A stretch of 64,000 nt of DNA, taken from positions 15,626,001-15,690,000 of the forward strand of contig NC_086118.1 in the NCBI RefSeq assembly GCF_963921235.1, given 5' to 3'. Positions 39,210 to 53,300 of this stretch are shown one piece after another. The stretch is from Mobula hypostoma (lineage: Eukaryota). Each line of letters starts with the position of its first letter. Position 1 is the first letter of the stretch. Both the position numbers and the translations under genes were made by a program. Under the pieces are notes generated by a model. That model was not told the origin of the DNA. It searched no databases and was given only the letters and a program-made list of their open reading frames with translations.

Positions 39210-40205
39210 CAAGTCAAGTCAAGACAAGTCAAGTCACTTTTTATTGTCATTTCGACCACAACTGCTGGTACAGTACACAGTAAAAATGAGACAATGTTTC
39301 TCAGGACCGTGGTGCTACATGAACAATACAAAAACTACACTGAACTACGTAAAAAACAACACAAAACTACACTAGACTACAGACCTACCCAGGACTGCAT
39401 AAGGTGCACAAAACAGTGCAGGCATTACAATAAATAATAAACAAGACAATATGCACAGTAGAGGGCAGTAGGCTGGTATCAGTCCAGGCTCTGGGTATTG
39501 AGGAGTCTGGTGGCTTGAAGGAAGAAACTGTTACATAGTCTGGTCATGAGAGCCCAAATACTTTGGTGCCTTTTGCCAGATGGCAGGAGGGAGAAGAGTT
39601 CGTATGAGGGGTACATGGGGTCCTTCATAATGCTGTTTGCTTTATGAATGCAGCGTGTGGTGTAAATGTCACTAATGGCGAGAAGAGAGACCCCGATGAT
39701 CTTCTCAGCTGACCTCACTATCCGCTGCAGGGTCTAGCGATCTGAGATGGTGCAATTTCCGAACCAGGCAGTGTTGCAGCTGCTCAGGATGCTCTCAATA
39801 CAACCCCTGTAGAATGTGGTGGGAATAGGGGGTGGGAGATGGACTTTACTCAGCCTTCGCAGAAAGTAGAGATGCTGCTGGGCTTCCTTTGCTATCGAAC
39901 TGATGTTGAGGGACCAGGTGAGATTCTCCGCCAGGTGAACACCAAGAAATTTGGTGCTCTTAATGATCTCTACAGAGGAGTCGTCAATGTTCAGTGGAGA
40001 GTGGTCGTTCCATGTCCTCCTGAAGTCAACAACCATCTCTTTTGTTTTGTTCACATTCAGAGACAGGTTGTTGGCTCTGTACCAGTCCGTTATCCGCTGC
40101 ACCTCCTCTCTGTATGCTGACTCATCGTTCTTGCTGATGAGACCCACCACGGTCGTGTCATCAGCAAACTTGATGGTGTGGTTCGAGCTGTGTGTTGCAG
40201 CACAG
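39210..40205 (-). mobile_element. Rex1/Babar-like LINE 3' fragment
   Basis: KFADDTTVVGLIS...LNVNKTKEMVVDFR..KFLGVH..LTWS; (TCAAG)n tail. Confidence 0.88.
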
Positions 40206-41095
40206 ATTTATTTCTTCTGCAAGCTCTTTTCCTGTTCTTCATTTTGCAAAGAAATGGGTTAATTACCCAGTCTGGAATTCCCAGAACGTTCAAATCCTTA
40301 AATCGATTCTAAAAATCCTTCTTCAGTGACTGAAGGTGTAAGCAGTACTCTTTCAAATCATCATCTATGAAAGAGAGTACCATACTTTCCATGCCAGCAA
40401 ACTGTGAGAACATTCTTCTCCCAATGTTTTGCTTATATAGCTCCAATTTTCTGATAAAAGTGGACACTGCATTTTTGCCTGGATTAAATTGAAATTCTCA
40501 CCCTGCAGTTTCATATATACAAACCGTTTGTAGAATGTTCATTTTGTCAGACTGATTGGCTAGGTATGCCACACCTCCATGTAGAAGTGGAATCATATTT
40601 CCCAGGCTCTTGTTGACTTCAAGCAAAATGGTATCCATTTTGAGAACAGACATGAGCACTTTTGATAGAGCAGTCATTATTAATATTTCGCCAATTGTAT
40701 GAGATCTTCCACACTTTACTTTCATTTGAAAATGTTCTAAGAAGAATGAGATCACTATCAAGGCCATTTTTAGTTTTCTTGGCAAACGACTCGAGTATAC
40801 AACACTTTTCAAATGCTTCTTTCATCTTCTGAATCTGAGCAATACCATGAGTAGCTTTTCAGGGTGTCTTTTACAGATGTGTTCCTGGAATCCTGATGGC
40901 TCCTGGCTTCATTAGACAGTACAGTATTACACATAAAACACATGGGGTGTCGCTGATCTGATAAAACCATACTTCCAGATATGTAACATTGTATAGACTT
41001 ACTTTTTGCGGTTTCTGTTTCTTAGCAGGATTAGAATTCAAGGCTTCACGGCCTTCAGACGCATAAACATCACGCTGCATGTACTTATCCATCAT
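40206..41095 (-). mobile_element. hAT (Charlie/Buster-like) transposase remnant
   Basis: MDKY start, Y..TYLE..F...P.CVLC...MKP BED-like N-terminus, then VAYLA...DKMN and WVINPF motifs, with frameshifts. Confidence 0.65.
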
Positions 41096-41189
41096 CAACA
41101 GGGTTAAATTAAAATAAAAAATTAACAGAAACTGGGAATGCCTATCGGGTGTTGATGACACCAGAGAGTTGACATAAATGGTCAGGTCC

Positions 41190-44100
41190 ATAACATCATA
41201 AGACATAGGAGCAGAACTAGGCCACTCAGTGCATCAAGTTTGCTCGCCATTCCATCCTGGCTGATCCCAGATCCCAGTCAACCCCATACACCTGCTTTCG
41301 CGTCATGTACTTTGATGCCCTGACCGATCAGGAAACTATCAACTTCCGTCTTAAGTATAAACACAGACGTGGCCTCCACCATAGTCTGTGGCAGAGCATT
41401 CCACTGATTTATTACTGTCTGACTAAAAAAATTCCTCCTCTGTTCTAAAGGGTCGCCCCTCAATTTTGAGGCTGTGCCCTCTAATTCTGGATACCCCTAC
41501 CATCCTCTCCACACCCATCCTATCTAGTCCTTTCAATATTCAGTAGGTCTCAATGAGATCCCCCTACATTTTTCTAAATTCCAGCGAGTACAGGCCCAAA
41601 GCTGCCAAACTATCCTTATATATTAACCCCTTCGTTCCCAGAATCATCGTGAAACTCCTTTGGACTCTCTCCAACGACAATACATCCTTTCTGAGATGTA
41701 GGGCCCAAAACTGTTGACAATACTTCAAGTGCAGCCTGACCAGTGTCTTATAAAGCCTCAGCATTCTCTCCTCGCTTTTATATTCTATTCTTGTTGAAAT
41801 AAATACCAACATTGCATTTGTCTTCTTTACCACAGACTCAACCCGTAAATTAATCTTCTGGGATTCTTGCATGAGGGCTCGTAAGTCCCCTTGCACCTCT
41901 GATGATTGACCCTTCTCCCCATTTAGATAATAGTCTGCACTATTGTTCCTATTTTAGATTAGATTACGAGGACACGCAGTCCTCTTTTATTGTCATTTAG
42001 TAATGCATGCATTAAGAAATGATAGAATATTCCTCCGGTGTGATATCACAGAAACAGAGGACAGACCAGGACTGAAAAACTGACAAAAACCACATAATTA
42101 TAACATATAGTTACAATAGTGCAAGCAATACCATAACTTGATGATGAACAGGCCGTGAGCACGGTAAAAAAGTTCAAAGTCTCTCGAAAGTCCCACATCT
42201 CACGCAGACGGGAGAAGGAAGAAAACTCTCCCTGCCATACCCGACCACAGACTGACTCTGAGTCGTCCAAAAACTTCGAGCTCCAACCAGCCCTCTGACA
42301 CCGAGCACCGACTCAGCCGAACGCTTCGACCCCAGCCCCGGTTGCCAGCAGCAGGCAAAGCCGAGGATTTTGGGGCCTTCCCTCCGGAGATTCTTGATCG
42401 CATAGTAGCAGCGGCAGCGAACCGGGCATTTCAGAAGTTACTCCAGATGTTTCTCTGTGCTCTCACAGCTGTCTCCATCAAATCAGAATTGTGCACGGCC
42501 CCTATGTAACAGATACGATATCATTTCACCGGAGAGGCTACACGCACTATTCATTTCTGAACACCGTATTCCATCTGCCACTTTTTTGCTCATTCTTCCA
42601 ATTTGTCTAAGTCCTGCTGCAATAGCATTATTTCCTCAGCACTGCCCACCCCTCCACCTATCTTTGTATCATCCACAAACTTTGCCACAAAGCCATCAAT
42701 TCCATTATCTAAATCATTGACAGACAATGTGAAAAGTAGTGGTCCCAATACTGACCCCTGAGGAACACCATTAGTCACCGGCAGTCAACCAGTCCACTCG
42801 CTGCCTTCTGCCTGTCAGCCATTCTGCTATCCATGCCAGTATCTTGCTTGTAACACCGTAGGATTTTATCTTGTTAAACAGCCTCATGTGTGGCACCTTA
42901 TCACATGCCTTCTGAAAATCCAAGTAAGTGACATCCACGGCCTCTCCTTTGTCCACCCTGCTTGTTACTTCCTCGAAAAACTCTGACAAATTTGTCAGTC
43001 AAGATTTCCCTTTTACAGAAACCATGCTGACTTTGACTTATTTTACCATTAATCTCCAAGTACCTCAAAACTTCATCCTTAATAATACACTCCAACACTT
43101 TCCCAGCTGCTGAGGTTAGGCTAACTAGCTATAATTTTTTTCTTTTGCCTTCCTCCCTTCTTAAAGAGTGGAGTGATATTTGCAATCTTCCTCCAGCACC
43201 ATGCTAGTATCAAGTGATTCTTGGAAGATCGTGACCAATGCATCCATCATCTCTTCAGCAACCTCTCTCAGGACCCTGGGATGTAGTCCATCTGGTCCAG
43301 GTGGACTATCTACCTGAAGAACTTTGAGTTTGCCTAGCACTTTTTCCTTTGCAATAGCAATGGCTCTCCTGCTCAGACACTCACAGACATCTGGCACACT
43401 GCTCATGTCTTCCACATTGAAGACTGATGCAAAGTACCCATTAAGTTCATCAGCCAATTCTTTATCCCTCATTACATCTCACCAGCATCATTTTCCAGTA
43501 GTCCAATATCAACTCTCACCTCCTTTTTACTCTTTATACAACTGAAAAAACTTACAGTATCCTGCTTCATTTTATTGGCTAGTTTGTCCTCATATTTCAT
43601 CTTATCCCTCCTTGTAGATTTTTTACTTGCCTTTTGCTGGATTTTAAAAGCTTCCCAAGCATCCAACTTCCCACTCTCTTTTGCTACTTTATATGCCCTT
43701 TCCTTGGCTTTTATGCAGTTCATAACTTCCCTTGTCAGCCACAGTTGCCTAGCTCTGCCATTTGTAAACTTCTTCTATGGGACATATTTACCGTGCGCCT
43801 TGTGAACTATTCCCAGAACCTTCAGCCACCTCAGCTCTGCCATCATCCCCACCAGTAACCTCTTCCAATCCATTTGGGCAAGCTCCTCTCCCACGTCTCT
43901 GTAATTCCCATTATTCCATTATGATACTGGTACATGTGATGTGTGCTTCTCGCTCGGAAATTGCAGTATGAATTCAATCATATTATGATCTCTGCCTCCT
44001 AAGGGTTCCTTTACATTTAGCTCCCTTATAAGATCTGGGTTATTACACAACGCCCAATCTAAGGTAGTCTTTGCCTGAATAGGTTCAAGCACAAGCTGCT

Positions 44101-46430
44101 CTAAGAAGCCATCTCATAGGCATTCAACTCTCTTGGGAATTCCCTTCTTGCAATCTGACACCAGCCTAATTTTCTCAATCCCCTTACATCTTGAAGTCCC
44201 CCATTGCAATTCTGACATTACTATTATTATATACCTTTTCCAGATCCCTTTGCAATCTCAACCCCACATCTTGGCTACTACTTGGAGGACTGTACATGAT
44301 TCCCATTGTTTTTTAACCCTTGCTGTTTCTTAACTCCACCCACAAAAATTCAACATTCTCTGACCCTATGTCAGCTCCTTCTAAAGAAGTAATTCCATCT
44401 CATACCAACAGAACCACACCACAGCCTATGCCTTCCCGCCTGTCCTTTCGATACAAAGTATATCCTTTGATGTTAAGCTCCCAACTATGGCCTTCTTTCA
44501 GCCACGAATCAGTGATGTCCACAACATCATACCACCCAATTTTTATTGCGCCACAAGTTTGTTCACCTTATTCCGAGCACTACGCACATTTCAATACAGT
44601 ACCTTCAGTCCTGCACTCTTCGCCCTTTTGAATTTTACCTCCGTGGTACAACTTAACCCTTTGCTTTGTCTTCATTTGTACCCAGTCATTGGCGTGTCCA
44701 TCTCTACATTCATGTTACACCCATCAGCAACCTGTAAACCTGCTGGCTAATCCTCAGCTCTGTTATACTTGTTCTCATCCCCTTGCCATATTAGTTGAAA
44801 ATCGCTCAAGTAAACCTGCCCACAAGAATATTGAGGTCCTGCTTCTCAGCTTCCTTCCTCACTCCCTGTATTCTTTTTTCAGGACCTCCTCCTTTTCTCT
44901 ACCTATGTTGTTGGTACCAATATACACCACAACTGGCTGCTCACCCTCCTTATTCAGGATATTGTGGATGTGTTCAGAAACATCACAGACCCTGGCACCT
45001 GGGAGGCAAATTACCATCAGTCTTTCTTTTTTCTGTCCACAGAATCGCCAATCTATCCCCCTAACTATAGAGTCCCCTATTATTGCTGCCAGCCTCTTCA
45101 GTTTTCTACCCTTCTGAGCCACAGGGCCAGGCTCAGTGTCAGAGGCATTTCTGCTGTTGCTTCCCCCAGGCAGATTGCCCCCCCCCCCAAAATGGAGCGC
45201 TTGTAGCTGAGGGGTGTGGCTACATGGTGCTCTCCACTATCTGATGTTCTCTCTTCCCTGTCCTGACAGTCACCCATTTATCTGACTCCTTTAGCCTTGG
45301 GGTGACTACCTCCCTGTAGCTTCTGTCTATCACCACTTCACTTTCCCTAACAAGCCGAAGGTCATTAAGCTGCAGCTACAGTTCTTCAACACAGCCTCTA
45401 AGGAGTTGCATCTTGATGCACCTGGTGCAGACGTGGCCATCGGGGAGACTGGTAGCCTCATGGAAATCCCACATCTGACACCTAGAGCAGAACACTGGTC
45501 CTGTAGACATACCCTCTTTTCTCCCAAGAGTTAAATAAGGAAAAAGAAATAAGAAATAAGGAATGAAATTACCTTCTTACCTTGCCTCCACCTGTTCTCG
45601 CTGAAGCCCTGTTGAGCGAAAGCCTTACCAGTCTGACTCAGACCACTTTGCCAATGATCGTTCCTATAATGACTGCTCTGCTAGGTAGTACCCTCTTTTA
45701 TGGAGACTGGGTTTTTCTTTTCTTTTCTTTTCCAAGTTTTTTTAATTGATTTCTATATAGAAGAATACAGAGTCCAAGAAAACACATATTAGAAAACAGT
45801 AGAAAAAATATAATAATACCAGACACAGTATATTGAACCATATTAACGAACTCCTTACTCTATATTCAGAAAGATGAGATTAATTTGTGTATTAGAATAT
45901 AAACAACTTTATTAAAAAAAAAAGATCTACATCCGCTACCAAAGTCAAAGCTGTTTGGGAAAAAAAAGAAAAAAAAAACTTACCAGACAATTAAATATGC
46001 TATTAACCAACTTCTGTACTTTAACAAGAAGTCAAAGATCATGAAAATAATTTAAGAACGGCCCCTACAAATTTTGAAAATCTTGGTTAGATTCAGAAAT
46101 TGAACAACAAATCTTTTCTAAATTTAGGCATGTCATAACATTCCGTAACCACTGAGCATGATTAAGCGGAACAGCATCCTTCCATTTAAACAAAAGCGCC
46201 CTCCCAGCCATAAGAGAGATAAAAGCCAAAATGGAGACTGGGTTTTTAAAGTTCTTCACTGGACTTGCGCGGGAATGCTTCTCCTACATCTGTGCAGTTC
46301 TCCAATCAACCTGTGCCTCAAGTTAGGGTGTCACTTACCACCCCCCACCAAGAATTTTGAACAACCGATGACTTCTTTTACTCCTAACACCCCCTTAGGA
46401 CACGGAAATACCCCCATTGGGAATCACTAG
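41190..46430 (-). mobile_element. Near full-length decayed CR1 LINE (SGNH/esterase-type ORF1 plus ORF2) with nested insertions
   Basis: ORF1 IIGDSIVRG...CLPGARV...IGTNNI; ORF2 PGPDGLHPRVL, YLDFQKA, GVPQGSVLGPLLF, KFVDDTK. Confidence 0.9.
45717..46230 (-). mobile_element. 5'-truncated L1 fragment in the CR1 5' region
   Basis: ORF2 C-terminus (ORF 46065-46259), A-rich tail; 17-bp TSD ATGGAGACTGGGTTTTT at 45700-45716 and 46231-46247. Confidence 0.85.
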
Positions 46431-48199
46431 TCTAACCCAAAAGCAAATTATTGCAGTACTCTAAATCTAAACCAAAAGCAGAAGTTAATAAAATTACTCA
46501 AAGACTCAGGCAGCTTCTGTCTGAATAAATATAATCAACTTTTCTCAACAGTGACTTTCCATCAGCGACAAAGCTTCTGGTGAAAGGATTTTAAACTCAA
46601 ATGTTTACAGTTTATCTTTCCACAAATACTGACTGTGGAGATATTGCTAACTGCGCAGATTTTGTATTTGAGCTCAGCTTCTGTCAAATGCAGACAAATA
46701 GAATATTTCCAGCATTTTCTGCTTCTGTTTCATAATCCCAACATGTTTTTTTTTTGCCAACCTTGAATCAGAACTGGGAAGGTCAAGAATATATAGACTT
46801 TAGAATGCAAAAAAAGAAGAGAATTAATTAAAGGAATGGACACAATGGGGTGGAGACAAATTCCTGATAATGTTCCTTAGAGACCAAGTTTATTCTCAAA
46901 CCATGCTAGCAAGCTCTCTTTATCAACATCTGACACAGTCAGTCCAATTTGTAAGGCAGTTATTAAAATTGCAAAGGTTTTCTGAGTGAAATGAACAACT
47001 GTCTACTGGTCTATGTGCAGCTTATTAATGTTCTGTACATGTCTACACACTTCGAGGAGACGATTTTATACTCTTCCTTCTGTCCCAAAGTGGCAATCCA
47101 ACCTAAAGGAGTACATAGGAACCAATAGTGTCTTCTTGGAATGTGTGAATCAATGTACTGGATTAGCATGGAGTTGTTGCTGACAATTTATATATTTACC
47201 AAGTTATCATCCTAGCTGTTCATGTAGAGTACAACATGATGTCTTCTTGCTTAAAGTGTGGCACCTGTTCAATCCATCATTTACACGCTGTGCAAATGCT
47301 TTGCCTTTCCAGCTGCTGATAACCTCCAAAAAGACAAAGAGCTTCTCATGCTCAAATAAAGCAACTTTTACTATTCTGGTACTGTAGTTCATGAGAAAGC
47401 AAGTTGATCTTGTGTGTTAGAAAGTTATGATTGCAGTGTTTATCACTGCCACATGAAGTGTCTTTTGAATGCTGGGCCATAGAACTAATCTAACAGGTAT
47501 TCAGCCCTTCTCTTAGGACCTGTAAACTTCTCAAACATAATATGCTCTGTGAAGTGTAAGTAGTTCACACATTTGTTGCATCAGGCTTGAGATATTGATC
47601 AGGCTTGTGTTCTTTCTTTTGAGTGAGGGTGAGATCAGAGAACTTGCAACATTACAAATACAGCTATGCGCATTTTTCATACATGTAGAATCAGGTTTAA
47701 TATCATGGGCACATGTCGTGGAACTTGTTAACTTTGCAGCAACAGTACAATGCAATACATGACAATATAATATAAAAAAACTGTAAATTATGCAGCTGGT
47801 GAAGCTGATTGATTTCCCAGTTCTCTGCAGTTTACTTCAATCCTGCGCAGTAGCCACTCCACCCCCATACCAATCCCATACCAGACGGTGATACAGCCAG
47901 CCAGAATGCTCTCCGTGATAAATCTGTAGAAATTTTCACGTTTTAGGTGACATACCAAATCTCCTCTAACTCCAAATGAACTATAGCCGTTGCCTTGCTT
48001 TCTTCATAACTGCATTAATATATTGGAACCAGGTTAGATTCTCAGAGATATTAACACCCAGGAACTTGAAATTGCTCACCCTCTCCTCTTCTAATTCCCC
48101 TATTAGGTGTAATTTCCCTCGACTTATTCTTTCTTAAGTCCACGAGCAGTTCTTTGGTCTTACTGACATTAAGTGCAAGAATGTTGCAGCGGCACCGCT

Positions 48200-50620
48200 A
48201 TAAGCCTTTTAATAGTAGCCAAAATGTGTGGTTGAGATAGCAAAGGGAGCTGAAAAAGGCACGTAATAAGGGTACTGACACAATTGTATTGGGGGATTTC
48301 AACAGGCAAGGGGATTGGGAAAATCAGGTTGGTGTCAGATCACAACGGAGGGTATTTACTGAATGCCTGGGATGTCTTTTTAGAGCAGCTTGTGCTTGAG
48401 CCTACTCAGGGAAAGTCTATCTTAGATTGGATGTTGTGTCATAAGCCATATCTTATTAGGAAGCTTAACGTGAAAGGAACCCTTAGGAAACAGTGATCAT
48501 AATATGACTAATGTCATACTGTAATTTGAGAGGGAGAAGCAAAACTCAGATGTATCAGTATTGCAATGGAATAAAGGGAATTACAGAGGCATGAGAGGGG
48601 AGCTTACTGGGGTGGATTGGAGGAGGATACTGTTGGGGATGATGGTAGGGCGGAACTGGCTGAAGTTTCTGGAAACAGTTTACAAGGAGCAGGAAAGTTA
48701 TGTCCCACAGAGAAATAAGATCTCAAATGGCTGGGGTAGGCATAAAAGCCTAGGAAAGGGTAGCAGAAGTGAATGGGAAGTTGGATGATTGAGAAGCTTT
48801 TAAAATCAAACAAACGACAACTAAAAACGCTATAAGAAGGGAAAACCAGCCAATAACATAAAGCAGGATACCAAAAGTTTTTTTTTCAGTTACTTAAACA
48901 GTAAAAGGGAGGTCAGAATTGATATTCAACTACAGGAAAATAACGCTGGTGAGGTAGTAATGGAGGACTTAGAAATACCAGATGAACTTAATAGGTACTT
49001 TGCATCTGACTTCACGGTGGAATACACTGGTAGTGTGCCAGAGGTTCGTAAGTGTCAGGGAACAGGAGTGTCATTGCTATTACAAAGGAAAAAATGCGAG
49101 GCAAACTTGAAGGTCTTAAAGCGGATAAGACACCTAAGCCAGATGGACTACAGGTCAGAGTCCTGAGAGAGGTTACTGAAGAGTTAGCAGATGTATTGGT
49201 CATGATCTTTCAAGAATCACTTGATTCTGGCATGGATCTGGAGGACTGGAAGACTGCAAATTCTTTAAGAAGGGAGGAAGGCCAAAGAAAGGAAATTACA
49301 GGCCATTTAGCATAACCTCAGGGGCTGGGAAAGTGTTGGAGTCTACTATTAAGGGTGAGGTTTTGAGGTACTTGGAGACTAATGATAAAGGAAGTCAAAG
49401 ATAGAATGGTTTCTGTAAAGAAATATCTTGCCTGAAAAATCGGTCAGGAAGACAGATATCTTCGAGGAAGTAACAAGCAGGATGGCAGTGGTTTTCATTT
49501 ACTGGGATTTTCAGGTTTGATAAGGTGCCACACATGAGGCTGCTTAACAAAAAATCCTTTGGTGTTACGGGAAAGATACTGGAATGGATAGTGGAATGGC
49601 TGACAAGCAGGAGGGAGCTGGTGGGAATAAAAGCAGCCTTTTCTGGTTGGCTGTCAGTGACTGGTGATGTTCCTCAGGAGTCAGTATTGGGATCGCTACC
49701 TTTCACATTGTTTGTCAATGATTTAGATAATGGAATTGATGGCTTTCTGGCAATGTTTGCAGATGATACAAAGATAGGTGGAGGGGCAAGTAGTGCTGAG
49801 GAAGAAATGCCATTGCAGCAGGACTTAGACAAATTAGAAGTATGTCCTTGTGCAAGACTCCCAGAAGGTTAATTTACAGGTTGAGTCTGTGGGAAAGAAG
49901 GCAACTACTATATTGGCATTCATTTCAAGGGGAATAGAATATAAAAGCAAGGAGATAATGTTTAGCCTTTATAAGACACTAGTCAGGCTGCAGTTAGAGT
50001 ATTGTCAACAGTTTTGAGCCCCATATCGCAGAAAGGATGTAATACACACAAAATGCTGGTGGGATGCAGCAAGTCAGGCAGCATTTTCTGTGTGTTGCTT
50101 GAATTTCCAGCATCTGCAGATTTCCTCATGTTTGTGTCAGAAAGGATGTGTTGTATCTGGAGAGTCCAGAGGAGGTTCACTAGGAAGACTCCAGGGTTAA
50201 CATATGAGGAGCGTTTGGCATCTTTGGGCCTGAACTCACTGGAATTTAGAAGAATGCAGGGGGATCTCATTGAAGCCTACTAAATGTTGAAAGGACTAGA
50301 TAGGGTGGATGTGGAGAGGACGTTTCCTAAGGTGGCACAGCATCAAAATTGAGGGGCAGTCCTTTAGGTTAGAGGTAAGGAGGATTTTTTTTTAACCAAA
50401 GAGTAATGAATCTGTGGAATGCTTTGCCACAGACCGTGGTGGAGGGCAAGTCCATACGTATATTTAAGGTGGAAGTAGATCGTTTCCAGATTGGTCAGGG
50501 CATCAAAGGATGTGGTAAGAAGGCAATGTATGGAGTTGAGTGGAATCAGGATCAGCCATGATGGAATGGTGGAGCAGACTCGATGGGCTGAATGGCCTAA
50601 CCCTGCTCCTATGTCTTACA
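48200..50620 (+). mobile_element. Decayed CR1 LINE ORF2
   Basis: ORFs 48284-50283: WNKGNY, KTPKPDG, VPQESVLG, MFADDTK, EFRRMQGDLIEAY. Confidence 0.9.
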
Positions 50621-50624
50621 GTCT

Positions 50625-51980
50625 TAAAGCCATGCTGTCTCTCCCTAAATAGGCCATGGGTATTCAAATGCTCATATACTCTGTCCATAAGAATTTTCTT
50701 TAGCAATTTCCCTACAACCGATGTGAAACTCAGAAGCCTATAGTTCCCTTGTTCTCTTCTTAAATAGAGGTACACCATTAGCCACTCACCGGTCCTCTGA
50801 CACCTCGCCTTTGGCGAGAGAGGACACAAAGATTCTGATCAAAGACCCAGCAATCTCATCTCTTGCCTCCTTCAATAACTTGGGATAAATCTGGGGACTT
50901 ACTCTCCTTAATATTCATTAGGAGACCTAACATTTCCTCCTCCTTGACCTCTAATGCCCTGAAGTATTTATAAACTCAGCACCGATCTCCTGGTCCTCCA
51001 TATCCTTTTCCTTGGTGAATACTGAAGTAAGTACCTCACTCACGTTCTCTGCATTCAAGCAAATGTTACCCATATATCCTTGAGTGGTCCCACCCTTCCC
51101 CTAGTTATCCTGTTACTCTTGGTGTATATATATATAATGCCTTGGGATTCTCCTTAATCCAACCAGCCAAGGACTTCTCATGGCCCTTTCTGGCTTTGCT
51201 AATTCCCTTCCTTAGTTGTTCCCTGACTTCTGAAGGTTTACATACTTATCCTTTTTCTTCTTTATTAAATTCATCACCTCTCTGGACATCCAAGATTCCC
51301 TTATCTTTCCACCCCTGTCCTTCCTTCTAACTAGAACATACCTTTCCTGTACTCTGTACAATTGATCTTTAAACATTCTCCACATGTCAGATGTGGACTT
51401 ACCTGAGAAGTGGTGTTCCCAATTAACACTTGTTTTTCCTGCCTAATGCCCTACTCCAATTTACAACTCTCCCACAAGGACCATACCTATCATTATCTAT
51501 AGCTATCCTGAAAGACAAGGAGTTGTGGTCACTGTTCCCTTACTGTTCATCTACTGAAAGGTCAATCCCCTGGCTAGGCTCATTACCCAACATTAGGTTC
51601 AGTAAGGCTCCACCTCTCGTTGGACCGTCTACATACTGATTGAGAAAACCTTCCTGGATATACTGAACAAATTCAGCCCCATCTAAACTTTCTGAATGAT
51701 CCTGAGTGCATCCAACTTCAGCTCCAACTTCTTGACTCAGTCAATCAGGCACTAAATTTGGGTACATTTCCCACAGATGTGGTCATCAAGGAAGCCATCA
51801 GGTATCCTGAATTCCCATATCTGAGAGGAAGCGCATTCCATTCTGACTACTCTATACCAAAAAAGAAAAAGGCTTAACTGTGCCTTTACCCGTTTACGCC
51901 AAAGCCTTCACACACTAGCACTGGCACACCCCAACAATAGTCACTCTGCTTGAGCCTAACCTCCTTTTAATTACAGCTGA
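50625..51980 (-). mobile_element. Older CR1 LINE fragment
   Basis: GNYRLLSFTSVVGKLL...QHGF motif; 5' part resembles the ORF1 start of the other CR1 copies. Confidence 0.7.
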
Positions 51981-52745
51981 GGTTAGGGCTCTGATGCCGA
52001 CACTTTCTGTGCCTGTGTAGTCCAAAAAGACTGGTCTTTCCTGAATCTTCTCCTTTTATCCTTTTTCCTGGTTTCTGTAGGCCCTAAGTCAATACAGCCT
52101 CCTCTCGACTGAGCTGTCGAGAAAGGACCGGCTTTACCCAAGTCTGTTCTTTTTATACTTGCACTCCTAGCTTTGGCAAGCCTCTGATGCCAATACTTTC
52201 TGTGCCTGTGCAGTCCAAAAAAATAGGATTCTGATGTGATCCTATGTTTATGAAGGAAGCCTGTCATTCTATGGTAACAGGAGCCCTCTGTTCCAAGCGT
52301 CATTGCGGAGAAAATGTCTGGCAGAATGCGCTTTGCAGTATTGTCCCTATGCTGTTCTATCTCCATTCATGTCTCCATTCACTGAACATAACTTGGAGAG
52401 GATTGTATCTCCAACTCACATATTCTCCATAGCAGATCTCCTTTCTGACATTTGATTTACAGTTCTTCTGGCAACATCTCAAATAACTCTGTACTGTGCT
52501 TCCAACAGCATATCTGGCCAGTGACTGTGTATCCTCAACACAAAATATTTCCATTTCTTTGAGGAATAAATGAAATGATATCACTTATTCACCACTTAAT
52601 ATAATTTTCAACTTAGATTAGTGCTTACCAGCAAATAGAATAATTTGGAAGAATAAAACACCCCTTATTATCTTGGGACTGGGAATGTCAAGGAAAGCTT
52701 GTTAGTCTGGAGTGAATATGGACTCTTACGATAACTTTATGGTTT

Positions 52746-53300
52746 GGTGAACCCTCGCAAGACAGAAAGCCCCGGGGGAATACCTGGTAAGGCTCTGAAA
52801 ACTTGTGCCAACCAACAGGCAGGAATATTCAAGGATATTTCCAATCTCTCACTGCTACGGGTTGAAGTTCCCACTTGCTTCAAAAAAGCAACAATTATAC
52901 TGGTGCTAAGAAGGATAATGTGAGCTGCCTTAATGACTATCAACCAGTAGCATTCACATCTACAGTGATGAAATGCTTTGAGAGGTTGGTCATTACTAGA
53001 TTGAACTCCTGCCTCAGCAAGGACCTGGACCCATTGCAATTTGCCTATCGCCACAACAGGTCAAGGGCAGATGCAATCTCAATGGCTCTTCACACAGCTT
53101 TAGACCACCTGAACAATACAAACACCTATGTCAGGATGGTGTTCATCGACTATAGCTCAGCATTTAACACCATTACTCCCACAATACTGATTAAGAAGTT
53201 GCAGAACCTGGGTCTCTGTAACTCCCTCTGCAATTGGATCCTCAACTTCCTAACTGGAAGACCACAATCTGTGTGGATTGATGATAATATCTCTTCCTCA
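52746..53300 (+). mobile_element. Rex1/Babar-like LINE RT fragment
   Basis: ORF 52875-53303 [20 protein letters not shown]...LDPLQFAYR...[11 protein letters not shown]. Confidence 0.9.

Larger units (their letters stand above)
22560..47670 (+). pseudogene. Degenerate MYH pseudogene psi4 (about e3-e35), widely dispersed by nested TEs
   Basis: FGLRALYQKK~FGEAAPYLRK ~22570 (e3); C..VNP..VY..EA ~22870-22960 (e5); QPCIELL~QACIELI ~33645 (e15); YPK, LGRSKTYHK~LGKSNNFQK, FSLV ~34600-34712 (e16); HP.F.V.C..P....TP ~34885-34937 (e18); WRKL.YFKI ~35146 (e22); ETI..LQE.QTL, IEQV|GTAAGT ~35530-35650 (e24); KQQL ~38927 (e25); QRFLSEM ~46972 (e31); ISMELL ~47162 (e32); KDKELLMLK and MKCLLN ~47330-47470 (e34); EIRELATL ~47631 (e35). 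Confidence 0.6.

Noticed and set aside
47200..47520. Apparent minus-strand AG...GT-bounded exon
   Set aside because: No sustained ORF or homology; the + strand matches an MYH e34 remnant in the expected order.
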